64,000 nucleotides of DNA from Beijerinckiaceae bacterium (GCA_036556825.1 DATBIR010000056.1:4163-68162); one strand, 5' to 3'; shown: positions 48,940-59,368, counted from the first letter of the stretch. Notes: generated by a model not told the origin, from the sequence alone. Program-made: numbers and translations.

Positions 48940-50706
48940 TCACTTGGCGGTGGCGCGCTGCCCCAGCGCCGAACCGGCGCGGCGGTCCTCGCCGGGGGTG
49001 ATGTGGAAGTCGATCAGGCAGACGCCGCCGGACTTGAGGACCTCGACGCCCTTCCTGATCGCGGCCTTGACATCCGCCGCCTCGCGGACCGGGCCGATGC
49101 CCACAGCACCCTGGGCTTCCGCCAGCTTGGCGAGATCCGGCTCCGGATCGGCGATTCGCTGACCGATCCAGCGGTTCGACGGCTCGCGGCCGCGCGTGTT
49201 GGCGACCGTCTCCTGATGCAGCTCGTCGTTGAAATACGATCGGTTGTTGTTGATCAGGATCAGCAAAGGGATGCGGTGCCGGACCGCGGTCCAGATGGCA
49301 TTGGCGCCCATGACGAAGTCGCCGTCGCCGAGCACCGTCACGGCATGCCGGCCCTGCTCCTGCAACGCGAGGGCGCAGCCCACGGAGATGCCCGGCCCCG
49401 AGCCGATGCCGCCGCCGCCGTCCTTGCCGAGATAGGCGATCGGGTCGCGATGCGGCCACAGATCGATCGGCCAGCCGCGCGCCAGCGAGGCGAAGCCGAC
49501 CTTGTCGGGATCGTCGAAGGCGCCGCGCAGCTCGGTCGCGACCTGGTTCAGGGTGATGCTGCCGCCGGTCTCTTTCCGCTTCGGCGCGACGCGTTCGCGC
49601 CAAGGATTCTTGCGCCCGGCGCCGAGTTCGTCGAGCAGGGCCGCGACCACCTCGTCGGCCGAGGCCGACATGAACACGTCGGCGGGCGGCAGTTCCTGGT
49701 AGTCCATGTTGAAGCCGTTATGGAGGTGATGATCCAGCGTCGCGGCGACGATGCCCGCCGCAACCGGCCCCACCCGCTTCGCCTGGCGCAGGGCGCCGCC
49801 GAGATCGATCCAGTCGAGCGCCAGAATCACGTCCGCCTGGCCCAAAATCTCGCGGGCCGGGACCGGAAGCACGTTGAACGGCGCGATGACATGCGCCGGA
49901 TGATCGGTCGGGAACATGGACGCGGTCTTGAGGTCGCTCATCACGCAGGCGCCGAGACGCTCGGCGAGACGGACGCGCGCGTCCCAGGCCTCCTGCGTGC
50001 GCGCCCCGCGCCCGAACAGAATCAACGGCCGTTCCGCCTTGGCCAGCAGCGCGGCCGCCTGCTCGATCGCCGAACGCGCCGGCGGCACCGGCGCCGGCGC
50101 CGCAAAACGCGCCAGATCGGGCCATTCCGGCTCCGTCTCGAGCCGCGATTCCTGAAGGCCGGCGTCCAAACAGACGTAGACCGGAGCAGTCGGCTCGGTC
50201 CGCGTCACGAGGTTGGCGCGGCACATCGCTTCGACCAGGGCCTGCGCCGAGGTCGGCTCGCTGTCCCACTTGACGAACGAGCGCACGAGCGCGCCCTGGT
50301 CCTTGGTGGTGTGAATCCAGTCGATCCATGGCCGCCGCTTGACCGAATCGACGGGGCCGGTCGCGCCGAGAACGAACATCGGCACGCGATCGCACCAGGC
50401 GTTGTAGAGGCCCATCATGCCGTGCATGAGGCCGACGTTGCTGTGCAGCACGCAGCCCATGGGCTTGCCGGTCACCTTGGCGTAGCCGTGCGCGACCGCG
50501 ACGGCGTGATCCTCGTGCAGGCACAGCAGCATCCCGGGACGCTCGTTACCGAGATGGTTGACGAGGCTGTCGTGAAGCCCCCGGTAGCTCGCGCCGGGAT
50601 TGAGGCTCACATACGGAATGTCGAAGCGGCGCAGCATCTGGGCGGCGATATCGCTGCCCCACGCCACCACCTCGTCGGGTCGTCCCTCAGGCTTGTCCAA
50701 AAACAT
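48940..50706 (-). CDS. ThDP-dependent enzyme (acetolactate synthase/decarboxylase superfamily)
   Basis: NPGASYRGLHDS, LHE..A, GDGD...NNRSY. Confidence 0.92.
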   Translation of the reverse strand: MFLDKPEGRPDEVVAWGSDIAAQMLRRFDIPYVSLNPGASYRGLHDSLVNHLGNERPGMLLCLHEDHAVAVAHGYAKVTGKPMGCVLHSNVGLMHGMMGLYNAWCDRVPMFVLGATGPVDSVKRRPWIDWIHTTKDQGALVRSFVKWDSEPTSAQALVEAMCRANLVTRTEPTAPVYVCLDAGLQESRLETEPEWPDLARFAAPAPVPPARSAIEQAAALLAKAERPLILFGRGARTQEAWDARVRLAERLGACVMSDLKTASMFPTDHPAHVIAPFNVLPVPAREILGQADVILALDWIDLGGALRQAKRVGPVAAGIVAATLDHHLHNGFNMDYQELPPADVFMSASADEVVAALLDELGAGRKNPWRERVAPKRKETGGSITLNQVATELRGAFDDPDKVGFASLARGWPIDLWPHRDPIAYLGKDGGGGIGSGPGISVGCALALQEQGRHAVTVLGDGDFVMGANAIWTAVRHRIPLLILINNNRSYFNDELHQETVANTRGREPSNRWIGQRIADPEPDLAKLAEAQGAVGIGPVREAADVKAAIRKGVEVLKSGGVCLIDFHITPGEDRRAGSALGQRATAK

Positions 50707-50935
50707 CTGTCATCCTCGTAGAACATCACGGGCCGCGGGGGCGGCTGGTGGACCGTCCGAGCCGAAGCCTGCTTTCGGCAAAACGGCATCGGCTTCGCCG
50801 GATCTTGCTCAAGTCTCGCATGCGCCCCAGCTCACGCCAGGGCAAGGCTTTCGGCCGGAGCGGGATCGCTTCTGCCCGACCAGGCCTGGACGAGTCGAGG
50901 CCCGCTGCGTTGCAGCGAGCCCCGGGCTCACCCGA

Positions 50936-52171
50936 TCAGACGCTCAGGTTGCCGTATTTCTGGAGATTCTCCCGCTGCTTCTCGTTGCGCGGCGGCAGCT
51001 TGAACAGCCGCGCAGCGTTGCCGCCGAGAACGTTCTGCTTGGCCCTCTCGGAGAGGAACGGCAGATCGTAGATGGTGCTCGGCAGGTCGAAGTCCCAATG
51101 CGGGTAATCCGACGAGTAGAGAAGCTGGGTCTCGGCATTGATCATGCGGAAGGTGTGCTCCAGCATGTCGAGATCCTGGATCTCCATCGGCTGCGTCGAG
51201 TAATACATGTCGCGCATGTATTCACTCGGCTTCTTCTTGAGCGTCGGGCATTCCGACGAGCGCAGCATGTATTCGTGGTCGAGGCGCTGCATCAGGAACG
51301 GCACCCAGGCCAGCCCGGCCTCGACCCAGATCACCGGCAGCTTCGGAAAGCGCTCGCCGAGCCCGTTGATGACCCAATTGGTCAGGTGCAGGATGTTGTA
51401 GAAGGTGAAACCAAGCGCGTGCACCGAGAGGAAGCGGTTGCAGCTCTTGAATACCGGCTCGCCCCAGTTCGGGCCGGAATGGAAGGCGAGCGACAGGCCG
51501 CGCTCCTCCATGGCCCGATACACCTTCATGTAGGCGTTGTCGTGAACCGGCAGCGTGCGCACGGTGGTGACCATGAACCCCGTCACGCCCTTGCGCTCGC
51601 CGAAAGTTTCGACCTGACGCAGCGACTCGTCAGGATCGGAGAACGGCAGCGGCAGCATCGAGTAGTAGCGGCCCTGCGACTCGGGCAGGACCTTCTCGGT
51701 GAGCCAGCGGTTGTAGGCCCAGCACAGGTCGACCTCCATCTCCTTCAGCGGATGCAGGCCGACATTGAGCATGCCGGTCGGGAACAGGCAGGCGTAGTCG
51801 ACGCTCATGGCGTCCATCCAGCGCTCGCCGAGTTCGACGTCACGGGTCCTCACGCCCTCCGTCTTCTCGCTCGAGCGCATCGGGTAGCGGGTGACCCGCC
51901 CGCCCATGTCCTGAAAGCCCGTTTGTCCCGGAACGATGCTGTGGCGGCCCTTGGCGCGCCCCGACAGGGTCAGCTGCCGCAGCACGTCATTCTCCATGAA
52001 CGGCAGGATCTCCCCGAACGACTCGTTCTCGTAGTGGTGGGAGTCGACGTCCACGATCAGGATGTCGTCGAACTTGCGCTTGTGCGCCTGCTGGGCCGCG
52101 TGGGCGAGGAGGCGGGTCGTGTTGAGCTCGTCAACCGAGACGCGCCGGCCGCGATCAGCAATAAGGTCCAT
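50936..52171 (-). CDS. Amidohydrolase-2 family protein
   Basis: DVDSHHYE, AYNRW, FH, EAG..W, SSDYPHWD, GGNA.RLF. Confidence 0.92.
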   Translation of the reverse strand: MDLIADRGRRVSVDELNTTRLLAHAAQQAHKRKFDDILIVDVDSHHYENESFGEILPFMENDVLRQLTLSGRAKGRHSIVPGQTGFQDMGGRVTRYPMRSSEKTEGVRTRDVELGERWMDAMSVDYACLFPTGMLNVGLHPLKEMEVDLCWAYNRWLTEKVLPESQGRYYSMLPLPFSDPDESLRQVETFGERKGVTGFMVTTVRTLPVHDNAYMKVYRAMEERGLSLAFHSGPNWGEPVFKSCNRFLSVHALGFTFYNILHLTNWVINGLGERFPKLPVIWVEAGLAWVPFLMQRLDHEYMLRSSECPTLKKKPSEYMRDMYYSTQPMEIQDLDMLEHTFRMINAETQLLYSSDYPHWDFDLPSTIYDLPFLSERAKQNVLGGNAARLFKLPPRNEKQRENLQKYGNLSV

Positions 52172-52195
52172 GGGATTTCTCCTGAATTTCTCTGT

Positions 52196-52507
52196 TCAGC
52201 GGCCGGTCCAGCTCTGCCACATGCCGAGCTCGAAAACCTGCAGGTTGACGGCCTTCAGCAGCGCGCTTGCCATCACCATCACGTCGGTGTCCATGACGCG
52301 GTTCTGGTCAGGCAGTGGCAGGAAGGTGCTGCCGGCTTCAACATGCGCCGAATAGATCCTGCACACGGCCGCGATCACGGCCTGCAAGGCCTCCGGCGTA
52401 ACCGCATCGAGACGTCCTTCCGACAGCGCACGCTCGAGCTCGGCTGCGAGCTTCATGGCCTCGGCGGACCGTTCGGCATTGGACGGCTGTGGCGATGGTC
52501 CCGACAT
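52196..52507 (-). CDS. Small helical hypothetical protein
   Basis: GGAGGAGG RBS; lies in an operon between the Rieske and amidohydrolase genes. Confidence 0.8.
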   Translation of the reverse strand: MSGPSPQPSNAERSAEAMKLAAELERALSEGRLDAVTPEALQAVIAAVCRIYSAHVEAGSTFLPLPDQNRVMDTDVMVMASALLKAVNLQVFELGMWQSWTGR

Positions 52508-52547
52508 AGCCTCCTCCGAGGGCTGCACGATGTTCTTAACCCGCAAG

Positions 52548-52913
52548 CTAGATGACGACATAGAGCTCGTCCCCCTTCTGCAGGGTCTCATAGCGCCGCA
52601 GCTTGAGGCGCCGGTCGGCGGTGCATTCACCCGTGCGCATGTCGTATTCGTAGCCGTGCCAGGGGCACACGAAGTGCAGCTCGGTCTCAGAGAAATACAG
52701 GCCGCGCGAGGTCTTGTCGGGCATGATCCGCTCCTCGACCTTGGCGATGGTCAGGCCTTCGCAGGCCGGGCCGCCCTGGTGAACGCAATAATTGCTGTAG
52801 GCGTGGAACTGGCCTTCGTGCCTGAATACGCCGATCTCGCGCTCACCGAGCACGACGATCCGGCGATCGCCATCCTTGAATTCCGAGACCTTGGCAACAA
52901 GGTGTTCTGCCAT
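52548..52913 (-). CDS. Rieske [2Fe-2S] ferredoxin
   Basis: CVHQGG and CPWHG; GGAGG RBS. Confidence 0.93.
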   Translation of the reverse strand: MAEHLVAKVSEFKDGDRRIVVLGEREIGVFRHEGQFHAYSNYCVHQGGPACEGLTIAKVEERIMPDKTSRGLYFSETELHFVCPWHGYEYDMRTGECTADRRLKLRRYETLQKGDELYVVI

Positions 52914-53028
52914 GTCAGTAGTCCCTCCGGTTGAGCGTTTCGCAAGGTGGTGTCGAATGGCAGCCAGCGGCACGCCCCCCGCGAGCGAGGGCTTGCTGCC
53001 GGCCACCCATTTTGTTAATCCCCATACT

Positions 53029-53042
53029 GTAAGGGGCCTTAC
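53029..53042. promoter_or_regulatory. Palindromic candidate MarR operator
   Basis: GTAAGG-gg-CCTTAC between the divergent Rieske operon and marR. Confidence 0.55.
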
Positions 53043-53109
53043 GATCCGTGTCAAACCACTGCAACGTGCGAGGCACGGTGCAGCATGCGATGGCCTCGCG
53101 GGGTGGTCC

Positions 53110-53577
53110 ATGGGCAAGGCAGCATCGACAACCAGGAGCCAAGCGCGTGCGCAGCTGCGCTCCGGCATCGGCAAGCTGCTGCGCCGCGCCCATCGCAGCT
53201 ACAGCCGCCGGCTGCAGGACGAGCTGGCGGCGCACGGGGTCAGCCTTGCCCAATACCTGCATCTGCGCGAGCTCTGGGAGCTCAACGGCCTGACGCAGAA
53301 CGAGCTGTCGCAGAAGGTCGGGATCGAGAAGGCCTCCTCGACGGCGGTGCTTGACGCCCTGGAGAGGAACGGCCTGATCCTCAGGGTGCGCAACGCGCAG
53401 GACCGGCGCAAGGTGAATGTCCACCTGACCCCGGCGGGACAGAATATCCGGGACGTGCTCAGCCCCGCGGCGCGAGGGGTGGCGATCCAGGCGGTCAGCG
53501 ACCTGTCCGAGGCGGAGCTGGACAACCTTTTCTCGGCCCTAAACAGGGTCATCGCCAACCTCGATCCGGAGGGCTGA
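53110..53577 (+). CDS. MarR family transcriptional regulator
   Basis: GLTQNELS, LDALE.NGLI.R, DRR...VHLTPAG. Confidence 0.93.
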   Translation: MGKAASTTRSQARAQLRSGIGKLLRRAHRSYSRRLQDELAAHGVSLAQYLHLRELWELNGLTQNELSQKVGIEKASSTAVLDALERNGLILRVRNAQDRRKVNVHLTPAGQNIRDVLSPAARGVAIQAVSDLSEAELDNLFSALNRVIANLDPEG

Positions 53578-53706
53578 GAACACGGTACGGCACGCCAAGC
53601 GAGGGCCAAACGGCGACGGAGTTGCCGGGAGAACGTCTCCTGCCTTAGCTTCCGCGCCCAGCAGGGCGTAAGGCGCCCAAGGCAACAGTCAGGACAACAA
53701 CGGAGG

Positions 53707-54750
53707 ATGATTTTGCCCAAGCCGAATATCCGAAATTTCCGAAGGGCACTGACGGGCTTTGTGGCCGGCCTGTGCCTGGCCGCGCCCGTCCAGGCAGCCG
53801 ATTTCTACGCCGGCAAGTCGATCGACCTGATCATCGGCGGCGACGTGGCCGGCGGCTACGACATCTACGCCCGCACCCTGGCCCGTCACATGGTCCGGCA
53901 CATTCCGGGAAATCCGGCCATCGTTCCCAAGAACCTGCCGGGCGCGGGCAGCGGCCGGGCCGCCGCGCAGCTCGCCTCGGTGGCGCCGAAGGACGGCACG
54001 GTGATCGGGGCGATCTTTCCGGGCGTGATCGTGGCGCCCCTGCTCGAGGCGCGCGCCCAGTCGCTTTTCGATCCGACCAAGCTCGAATATCTCGGCAGTG
54101 CCGACAGCGGCACGCGTGTCTGCGTCACATTCCAGAACTCGAAGATCAAAACCTTCGATGACGCGCTGCAGCAGAAGACGATCCTCGGCGCCAGCGCCGC
54201 GGGCGGCTCGACGCGCGACTACGGTTCGTTCCTCAAGAAGCTGGTCGGCATGAAGGCCGACATCGTCTCCGGCTACAAAGGCACCGCCGACATCCTGCTC
54301 GCCATGGAGCGCGGCGAGGTCGACGGCGTCTGCGGGCAGGACTGGTCGAGCCTGAAGTCGCAGAAGCCGGACTGGATCCGTGACGGCAAGCTCAACATTC
54401 TGGTGCAGATGGGCCTTGAGCCGGATGCCGAGCTCACCAAGAAGGGCGTCCCCGAGGTGTGGAAATTCGTCAAGGATGACGAGACCCGCAAAGTGATCGA
54501 GCTGATCGTCGCGCAGCAGATCTTCGGGCGGCCCTACATCGCCCCACCCGGCACGGCCCCCGAGCAGCTCAAGATCCTGCGTGCCGCGTTCATGGCGACG
54601 ATGCAGGACAAGCAGTTCCTGGAAGAGTCCGAGAAGCAGCGCATCGATATCAACCCGTCCTCGGGTGAGAGGGTGCAGAAGGTGGTGCTCGACCTCTACG
54701 CCTCGCCCAAGAACATCGTCGACCGGGCGAAGGACGCGGTTCAGCCGTAA
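53707..54750 (+). CDS. TTT/Bug-family substrate-binding protein
   Basis: DFYAGK, GGYDIYAR, NLPGAG, APKDGT, LAMERGEVDG. Confidence 0.9.
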   Translation: MILPKPNIRNFRRALTGFVAGLCLAAPVQAADFYAGKSIDLIIGGDVAGGYDIYARTLARHMVRHIPGNPAIVPKNLPGAGSGRAAAQLASVAPKDGTVIGAIFPGVIVAPLLEARAQSLFDPTKLEYLGSADSGTRVCVTFQNSKIKTFDDALQQKTILGASAAGGSTRDYGSFLKKLVGMKADIVSGYKGTADILLAMERGEVDGVCGQDWSSLKSQKPDWIRDGKLNILVQMGLEPDAELTKKGVPEVWKFVKDDETRKVIELIVAQQIFGRPYIAPPGTAPEQLKILRAAFMATMQDKQFLEESEKQRIDINPSSGERVQKVVLDLYASPKNIVDRAKDAVQP

Positions 54751-54834
54751 GGGTAGCACCGTCCCACCGAGGGGCGCGGTTGACGGAGGGGGCAGGTCGC
54801 GCCCCGTCCCTGTCGACGGGACGGCTTCGGCCCG

Positions 54835-55797
54835 CTAACGCGCGATCTGATTGAGCAGCGGCGCGCCGGCCCGGAAGCGCTCGAGATTGGCCGAGAACAG
54901 CGCCTTCTGCTGCGCGTAGTCCTTTGAGCCGGCGCCGGCGACATGCGGTGAGACGATCACATTGGGCATGTCCCAAAGCGGGCTGTCGGGCGGCAGCGGC
55001 TCGATCTCGGTCACGTCGAGCCCGGCGCCGCCGACGCGGCCGTCGCGCAGCGCCTGCACCAGGGCGGCCTCGTCGAGGATCTCGCCGCGGGCGATGTTGA
55101 CGAGGCAGGCACCCGGTTTCATCGCCGCCAATTGTGCGGCGCCGACCAGGTGGCGGCTGCTCGCGTCCGAGCTCGTGCAGACCACCACCGCGTCCGCCTC
55201 GCCAAGCGCTTCGCCGATGCGCTCGCGCGGAAGCACGACATCGACGTCGCCGCCGGGCACGCCGGCGCGGGAGACTGCAACGGTGCGCGCATCGAAGGCC
55301 TTTACCTTGCGCGCGACCTCGCGGCCGACGCCGCCCAGGCCGATGATGCACACGGTGGCGCCTTCCAGGGAGGACAGCTTCGGCTGCATCTCCACGCGGC
55401 GCCAGGCATGGGCGCGCTGCGCCGCTTGCAGATCCGGGAACCGGCGCATGACGGCCAGAAGCAGCGTGAGGGCATGCTCGGCGACCGTGCGTGCCTTGAG
55501 TCCGGACGCATTGCTGACCGCTGCACCCGGCGGCAGCCCCATGGCGAGGCCGCGCTCGACCCCGGCCGTGAGGAAGTGAATCCAGCCGAGCGAGGCCGGC
55601 GCCGCCCGGTGCAGGGCCTCGCCGAGTTCGGGAGAGCAAACCCGATTGGTCAGCACCAGAATGTCGGCGTCGCCGATCTCGCGCGCGACGTCCTGCGGCG
55701 AGGATGCAATGGCCCATTGCAGCTGGGGGAGATCGTCCCGAAACCTGTGGACGGGATCATCGCGCTGGAAGGTGTACAACACCGCTTTCATCGGCAT
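54835..55797 (-). CDS. D-2-hydroxyacid dehydrogenase family protein
   Basis: VAEHA, GLGGVG, NIARG, LDVT..EPLP, SPHVAG. Confidence 0.93.
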   Translation of the reverse strand: MPMKAVLYTFQRDDPVHRFRDDLPQLQWAIASSPQDVAREIGDADILVLTNRVCSPELGEALHRAAPASLGWIHFLTAGVERGLAMGLPPGAAVSNASGLKARTVAEHALTLLLAVMRRFPDLQAAQRAHAWRRVEMQPKLSSLEGATVCIIGLGGVGREVARKVKAFDARTVAVSRAGVPGGDVDVVLPRERIGEALGEADAVVVCTSSDASSRHLVGAAQLAAMKPGACLVNIARGEILDEAALVQALRDGRVGGAGLDVTEIEPLPPDSPLWDMPNVIVSPHVAGAGSKDYAQQKALFSANLERFRAGAPLLNQIAR

Positions 55798-55808
55798 CGG
55801 ACCCGAGA

Positions 55809-56078
55809 TCAGTCGTCGTGATCCTCGTCCGGGTCGGGCGCCGGGCCAATGGCGGCGCGAAGGAAGCTCGGCATGTCGTTCTGGATCGAGCGGAGCTCGG
55901 CGCTCGCCGCCGGATTGCCGCCAAGCATGGTCTCGCATTCCTTCACCAGCGTCGGAATGTCAGCTTTGGTCAGGACGCCTCTCATGACGAGGGTCGTCAG
56001 GAGGCTCTTGACCATGGCGCCGAGGGCGTCGACCCGCCCGTCGAGATCACGCCCGTTGCCCTGTTGACCTGAATTCAT
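55809..56078 (-). CDS. Small hypothetical protein
   Basis: GGAGA RBS; ends 11 nt upstream of the dehydrogenase start. Confidence 0.75.
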   Translation of the reverse strand: MNSGQQGNGRDLDGRVDALGAMVKSLLTTLVMRGVLTKADIPTLVKECETMLGGNPAASAELRSIQNDMPSFLRAAIGPAPDPDEDHDD

Positions 56079-56297
56079 GGCTTTCTCCAGTCATCGATTT
56101 CGCGCGCATGGGGCGCGCTCTTCCCGGCAACGCGTCAGGGAAGGTGTCAGGCTCAAGCTCTAACGCGGGCGCCGCCGCTAACCAAGGGCCGGAAGCGGCG
56201 CGAGCGCGATTGTCCGGCGGTCCCCGCCCGTTTATATGCCGGGGTCAAGGCTTGCCCTTGAGGCAGACCAGAAAGGAAACCACAAGGGAGGGGATCA

Positions 56298-57314
56298 ATG
56301 GGATTTGGCAGCTGGGCGTTCGCCGCGGCCATCGCGCTCACGGCATCCGTTTCCACCACCCATGCGCAGAGCCCCGCCGATTTCTACAAGGGCAAGACGG
56401 TCGAGATCTATATCGGCTACAGCGTCGGCGGCGCCTACGACGTCTATGCCAGGTTGCTGGCCCGTCACATGGGCAAGCATCTCCCGGGCAGGCCGACGGT
56501 CGTCAACAAGAACATGGAAGGCGCCGGCAGCCTGCGCCTCGCCAACTGGCTTTACAATGTCGCACCGAAAGACGGCACGGTGTTCGGCATCATCGGCCGC
56601 GGCATCCCGTTCGATCCGCTCCTGGGCGGCAGCGGCCAGTTCGACGCCACCAAGTTTAGCTGGATCGGCAGCGCCAACGACGAGGTCAGCATCTGCGCCG
56701 CGTGGCACGCGACGCCCGTCAACACGTTCGAGGACCTGCTCACGCGCGACATGATCGTCGGCGGCACCGCGAGCGGGGCGGACACGGACCAGTTCCCGAA
56801 AATCGTCAACGGCGTGCTCGGCGCCAAGATGCGCGTCATCTCCGGCTATCCGGGCGGCAACGAGATCACGCTCGCCATGGAACGCGGCGAGGTGCAGGGC
56901 CGCTGCGGCTGGTCGTGGTCAAGCGTCAAGGCCACGCATCCGACCTGGGTCCAGGACAAGAAGATCAAGATCCTGATGCAACTCTCGCTCGCCAAGCATC
57001 CCGACCTGCCGGACGTGCCGCTCATCATGGACCTCGCCAAGAACGACGAGCAGAGACAAATCCTCAAGCTGGTGTTCGCGCGGCAGGTGATGGGCCGCCC
57101 GTTCCTCGGTCCGCCCGGCATCCCGGATGACCGCCTCACGGCCCTGCGCAAAGCGTTCATGGACACGATGAAGGACCCGGAATTCCTGGCCGAGGCCGAG
57201 AAAGGCAAGCTCGAGATCACGCCGGTCTCGGGCGAAGACATCCAGAAGCTCGTCACGGACGTCTATGCGACGCCCAAGGATGTCGCAGCAAAAGTGGGGG
57301 CCATGCTCAAGTGA
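56298..57314 (+). CDS. TTT/Bug-family substrate-binding protein
   Basis: DFYKGK, GGAYDVYAR, APKDGT, LAMERGEVQG, LPDVP. Confidence 0.9.
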   Translation: MGFGSWAFAAAIALTASVSTTHAQSPADFYKGKTVEIYIGYSVGGAYDVYARLLARHMGKHLPGRPTVVNKNMEGAGSLRLANWLYNVAPKDGTVFGIIGRGIPFDPLLGGSGQFDATKFSWIGSANDEVSICAAWHATPVNTFEDLLTRDMIVGGTASGADTDQFPKIVNGVLGAKMRVISGYPGGNEITLAMERGEVQGRCGWSWSSVKATHPTWVQDKKIKILMQLSLAKHPDLPDVPLIMDLAKNDEQRQILKLVFARQVMGRPFLGPPGIPDDRLTALRKAFMDTMKDPEFLAEAEKGKLEITPVSGEDIQKLVTDVYATPKDVAAKVGAMLK

Positions 57315-57427
57315 CCGCGCGCCCGGAATTTGCTCGCAGCGCCCGGGCGAGCCGCTCTTGACATCCGGCGCGCAAGCGCGCCGATCCGTCTTACGTCATC
57401 ATCAACCCGCCACAGAGGACAAGGCCG

Positions 57428-59206
57428 TTGAACAAGATCGAACCAATGCCGTTGACCGGAACGAACCAGGCGTATCGCGGGTGGCAGTCGGACGTGGTCG
57501 TCGACCTCATCAAGCAATACGGGTTCGAATATATCACCCTCAACCCGGGCGCGAGCTTCCGCGGGCTGCATGACTCCCTGATCAACTACGGCGGCAACAC
57601 GCCGCCGATGCTGCTGTGCCAGCACGAGAAGATCGCGGTGCAGATCGCGCATGGCTATGGCAAGGCCAAAGGCAAGCCGATGGCGGTGATCCTGCACAAC
57701 CTCGTTGGACTGCTGCACGCGCCGATGGGCATCTATTACGCCTATATCGATCGCGTCCCGATCTTCATCATGGGCGCGACCGGACCGATGGACGAAGGCA
57801 AGCGGCGCCCGCATATCGACTGGACGCACACGGCCCTCGTGCAGGGCGAGGCCGTGCGCCACTTCGTCAAGTGGGACTACCAGCCGACCGCCATCGAGGG
57901 CGTGCCGGAATCCTTCGCGCGCGCCTATTCGGTCATGACCACCGAGCCGCAGGGGCCGATCTACATGTGCTACGACGCGGCGCTGCAGGAAGCGCCGCTG
58001 AAGGCAGACGTGCCGCTGCCGCCGGTCGGATCGGTGGCGACGCCCGCGCCTATGATGCCTGATCCCAAGGCCCTCGAGGCCATTGCCGATCGCCTTCTCA
58101 AGGCCGAGAACCCGATGCTGCTGGCCGAATTCGTTGGCCGCCGGCAAGGTGGCTTCGAGAGCCTCGTGCAGCTCGCGGAAACGGTCGGGGCCGGGGTGTG
58201 GGACGTCAACAACGCCCTCAACTTCCCGAACCGGCACCCCCTGTGCGTGAGCCTGGACAAAGGCGCCCTCAAGAACGTCGATCTTGTGGTCGGGCTCGAC
58301 GTCAAGGACTGGGAGAAGCCAACGCACGAGCTCAACAGCACGACGCGCGTCGTCGAGCCGCTCGTGTCCAAGGACTGCGACTGGGTCGAGGTCGGGTTCG
58401 GCGAGCTCGGCATGAGCAAATGGTCGATGGATTACGGCCGCATGCAGCCGTGCTCGGTCCGGGCGATCGGTGACACGGCGCTTGGCATCCCCGAACTCAC
58501 GCGCCTGTGCCGGAGCGCGATCGACAAGGACGCCACGCTCAAGAACCGCATCGCCGAACGCCGCAAGGCGATCGGCAAGCGCCACGACCAGACCTGGGCC
58601 AAGTGGCAGGACGAGGCGCGCGAGAACTGGGACGCATCGCCCATGACGGTGCCGCGGCTCGCACTGGAAGTGTGGGACGTGATCAAGGACCACGACTGGG
58701 TCCTGGCCGCCAACACCCTCAAGAACTGGGTGCGCAGGCTCTGGGACTTCGACAAGCCGTATCGCCATCCGGGCCAGGATCTCGGCACCGGCACGCAGAT
58801 CGGCATCTCGCTCGGCGTGGCGCTGGCCAACAAGGGCAGTGGACGTCTCGTGGTCGACATCCAGCCGGACGGCGACCTGATGTTCGACGCCGGCGCGCTG
58901 TGGTTCGCGTCCAAGCACGAGATACCGATGCTGATCGTGATGTACAACAACCGCGCCTACTACAATGACTGGGAGCATCAGATCCGCATGGCGCGGCTGC
59001 GCGGGACGGACGAGGCCAAGGCGCATATCGGCATGGACCTGTACGGCCCCGAGCCGGATTTCGCCGGCCTCGCCCGCTCGATGGGGTGGTGGGCGGAAGG
59101 GCCGATCGAGCGTCCGCAGGACGTGCGCGCCGCCCTGCTGCGCGCCATCGAGCAGGTCAAGGCGGGCCGCCCCGCCCTGGTCGACACCATCACCCAGCAT
59201 CGGTGA
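57428..59206 (+). CDS. ThDP-dependent enzyme, paralog of 48940..50706
   Basis: NPGASFRGLHDS, QHE..A, RRP.IDW.HT, PDGD...NNRAYYND. Confidence 0.92.
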   Translation: MNKIEPMPLTGTNQAYRGWQSDVVVDLIKQYGFEYITLNPGASFRGLHDSLINYGGNTPPMLLCQHEKIAVQIAHGYGKAKGKPMAVILHNLVGLLHAPMGIYYAYIDRVPIFIMGATGPMDEGKRRPHIDWTHTALVQGEAVRHFVKWDYQPTAIEGVPESFARAYSVMTTEPQGPIYMCYDAALQEAPLKADVPLPPVGSVATPAPMMPDPKALEAIADRLLKAENPMLLAEFVGRRQGGFESLVQLAETVGAGVWDVNNALNFPNRHPLCVSLDKGALKNVDLVVGLDVKDWEKPTHELNSTTRVVEPLVSKDCDWVEVGFGELGMSKWSMDYGRMQPCSVRAIGDTALGIPELTRLCRSAIDKDATLKNRIAERRKAIGKRHDQTWAKWQDEARENWDASPMTVPRLALEVWDVIKDHDWVLAANTLKNWVRRLWDFDKPYRHPGQDLGTGTQIGISLGVALANKGSGRLVVDIQPDGDLMFDAGALWFASKHEIPMLIVMYNNRAYYNDWEHQIRMARLRGTDEAKAHIGMDLYGPEPDFAGLARSMGWWAEGPIERPQDVRAALLRAIEQVKAGRPALVDTITQHR

Positions 59207-59212
59207 TGGCCT

Positions 59213-59354
59213 GACCATCCCCCTCCGGGGAGAGGTCGAGACCCCACGCAAGTCGGCTGTCGCCGACTTGCTTTTCGGTGCGGAAGCGGTGGACGCCCGC
59301 TCTCAGGACATATCTTCCCTCTGGACCTGACCCTCTCCCGCAAACGGGAGAGGG
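59213..59354. repeat. REP-like palindromes between convergent genes
   Basis: gcaagtcggc/gccgacttgc and ccctctcccg/cgggagaggg hairpins. Confidence 0.65.
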
Positions 59355-59368
59355 AGCCCGCCGACGCC

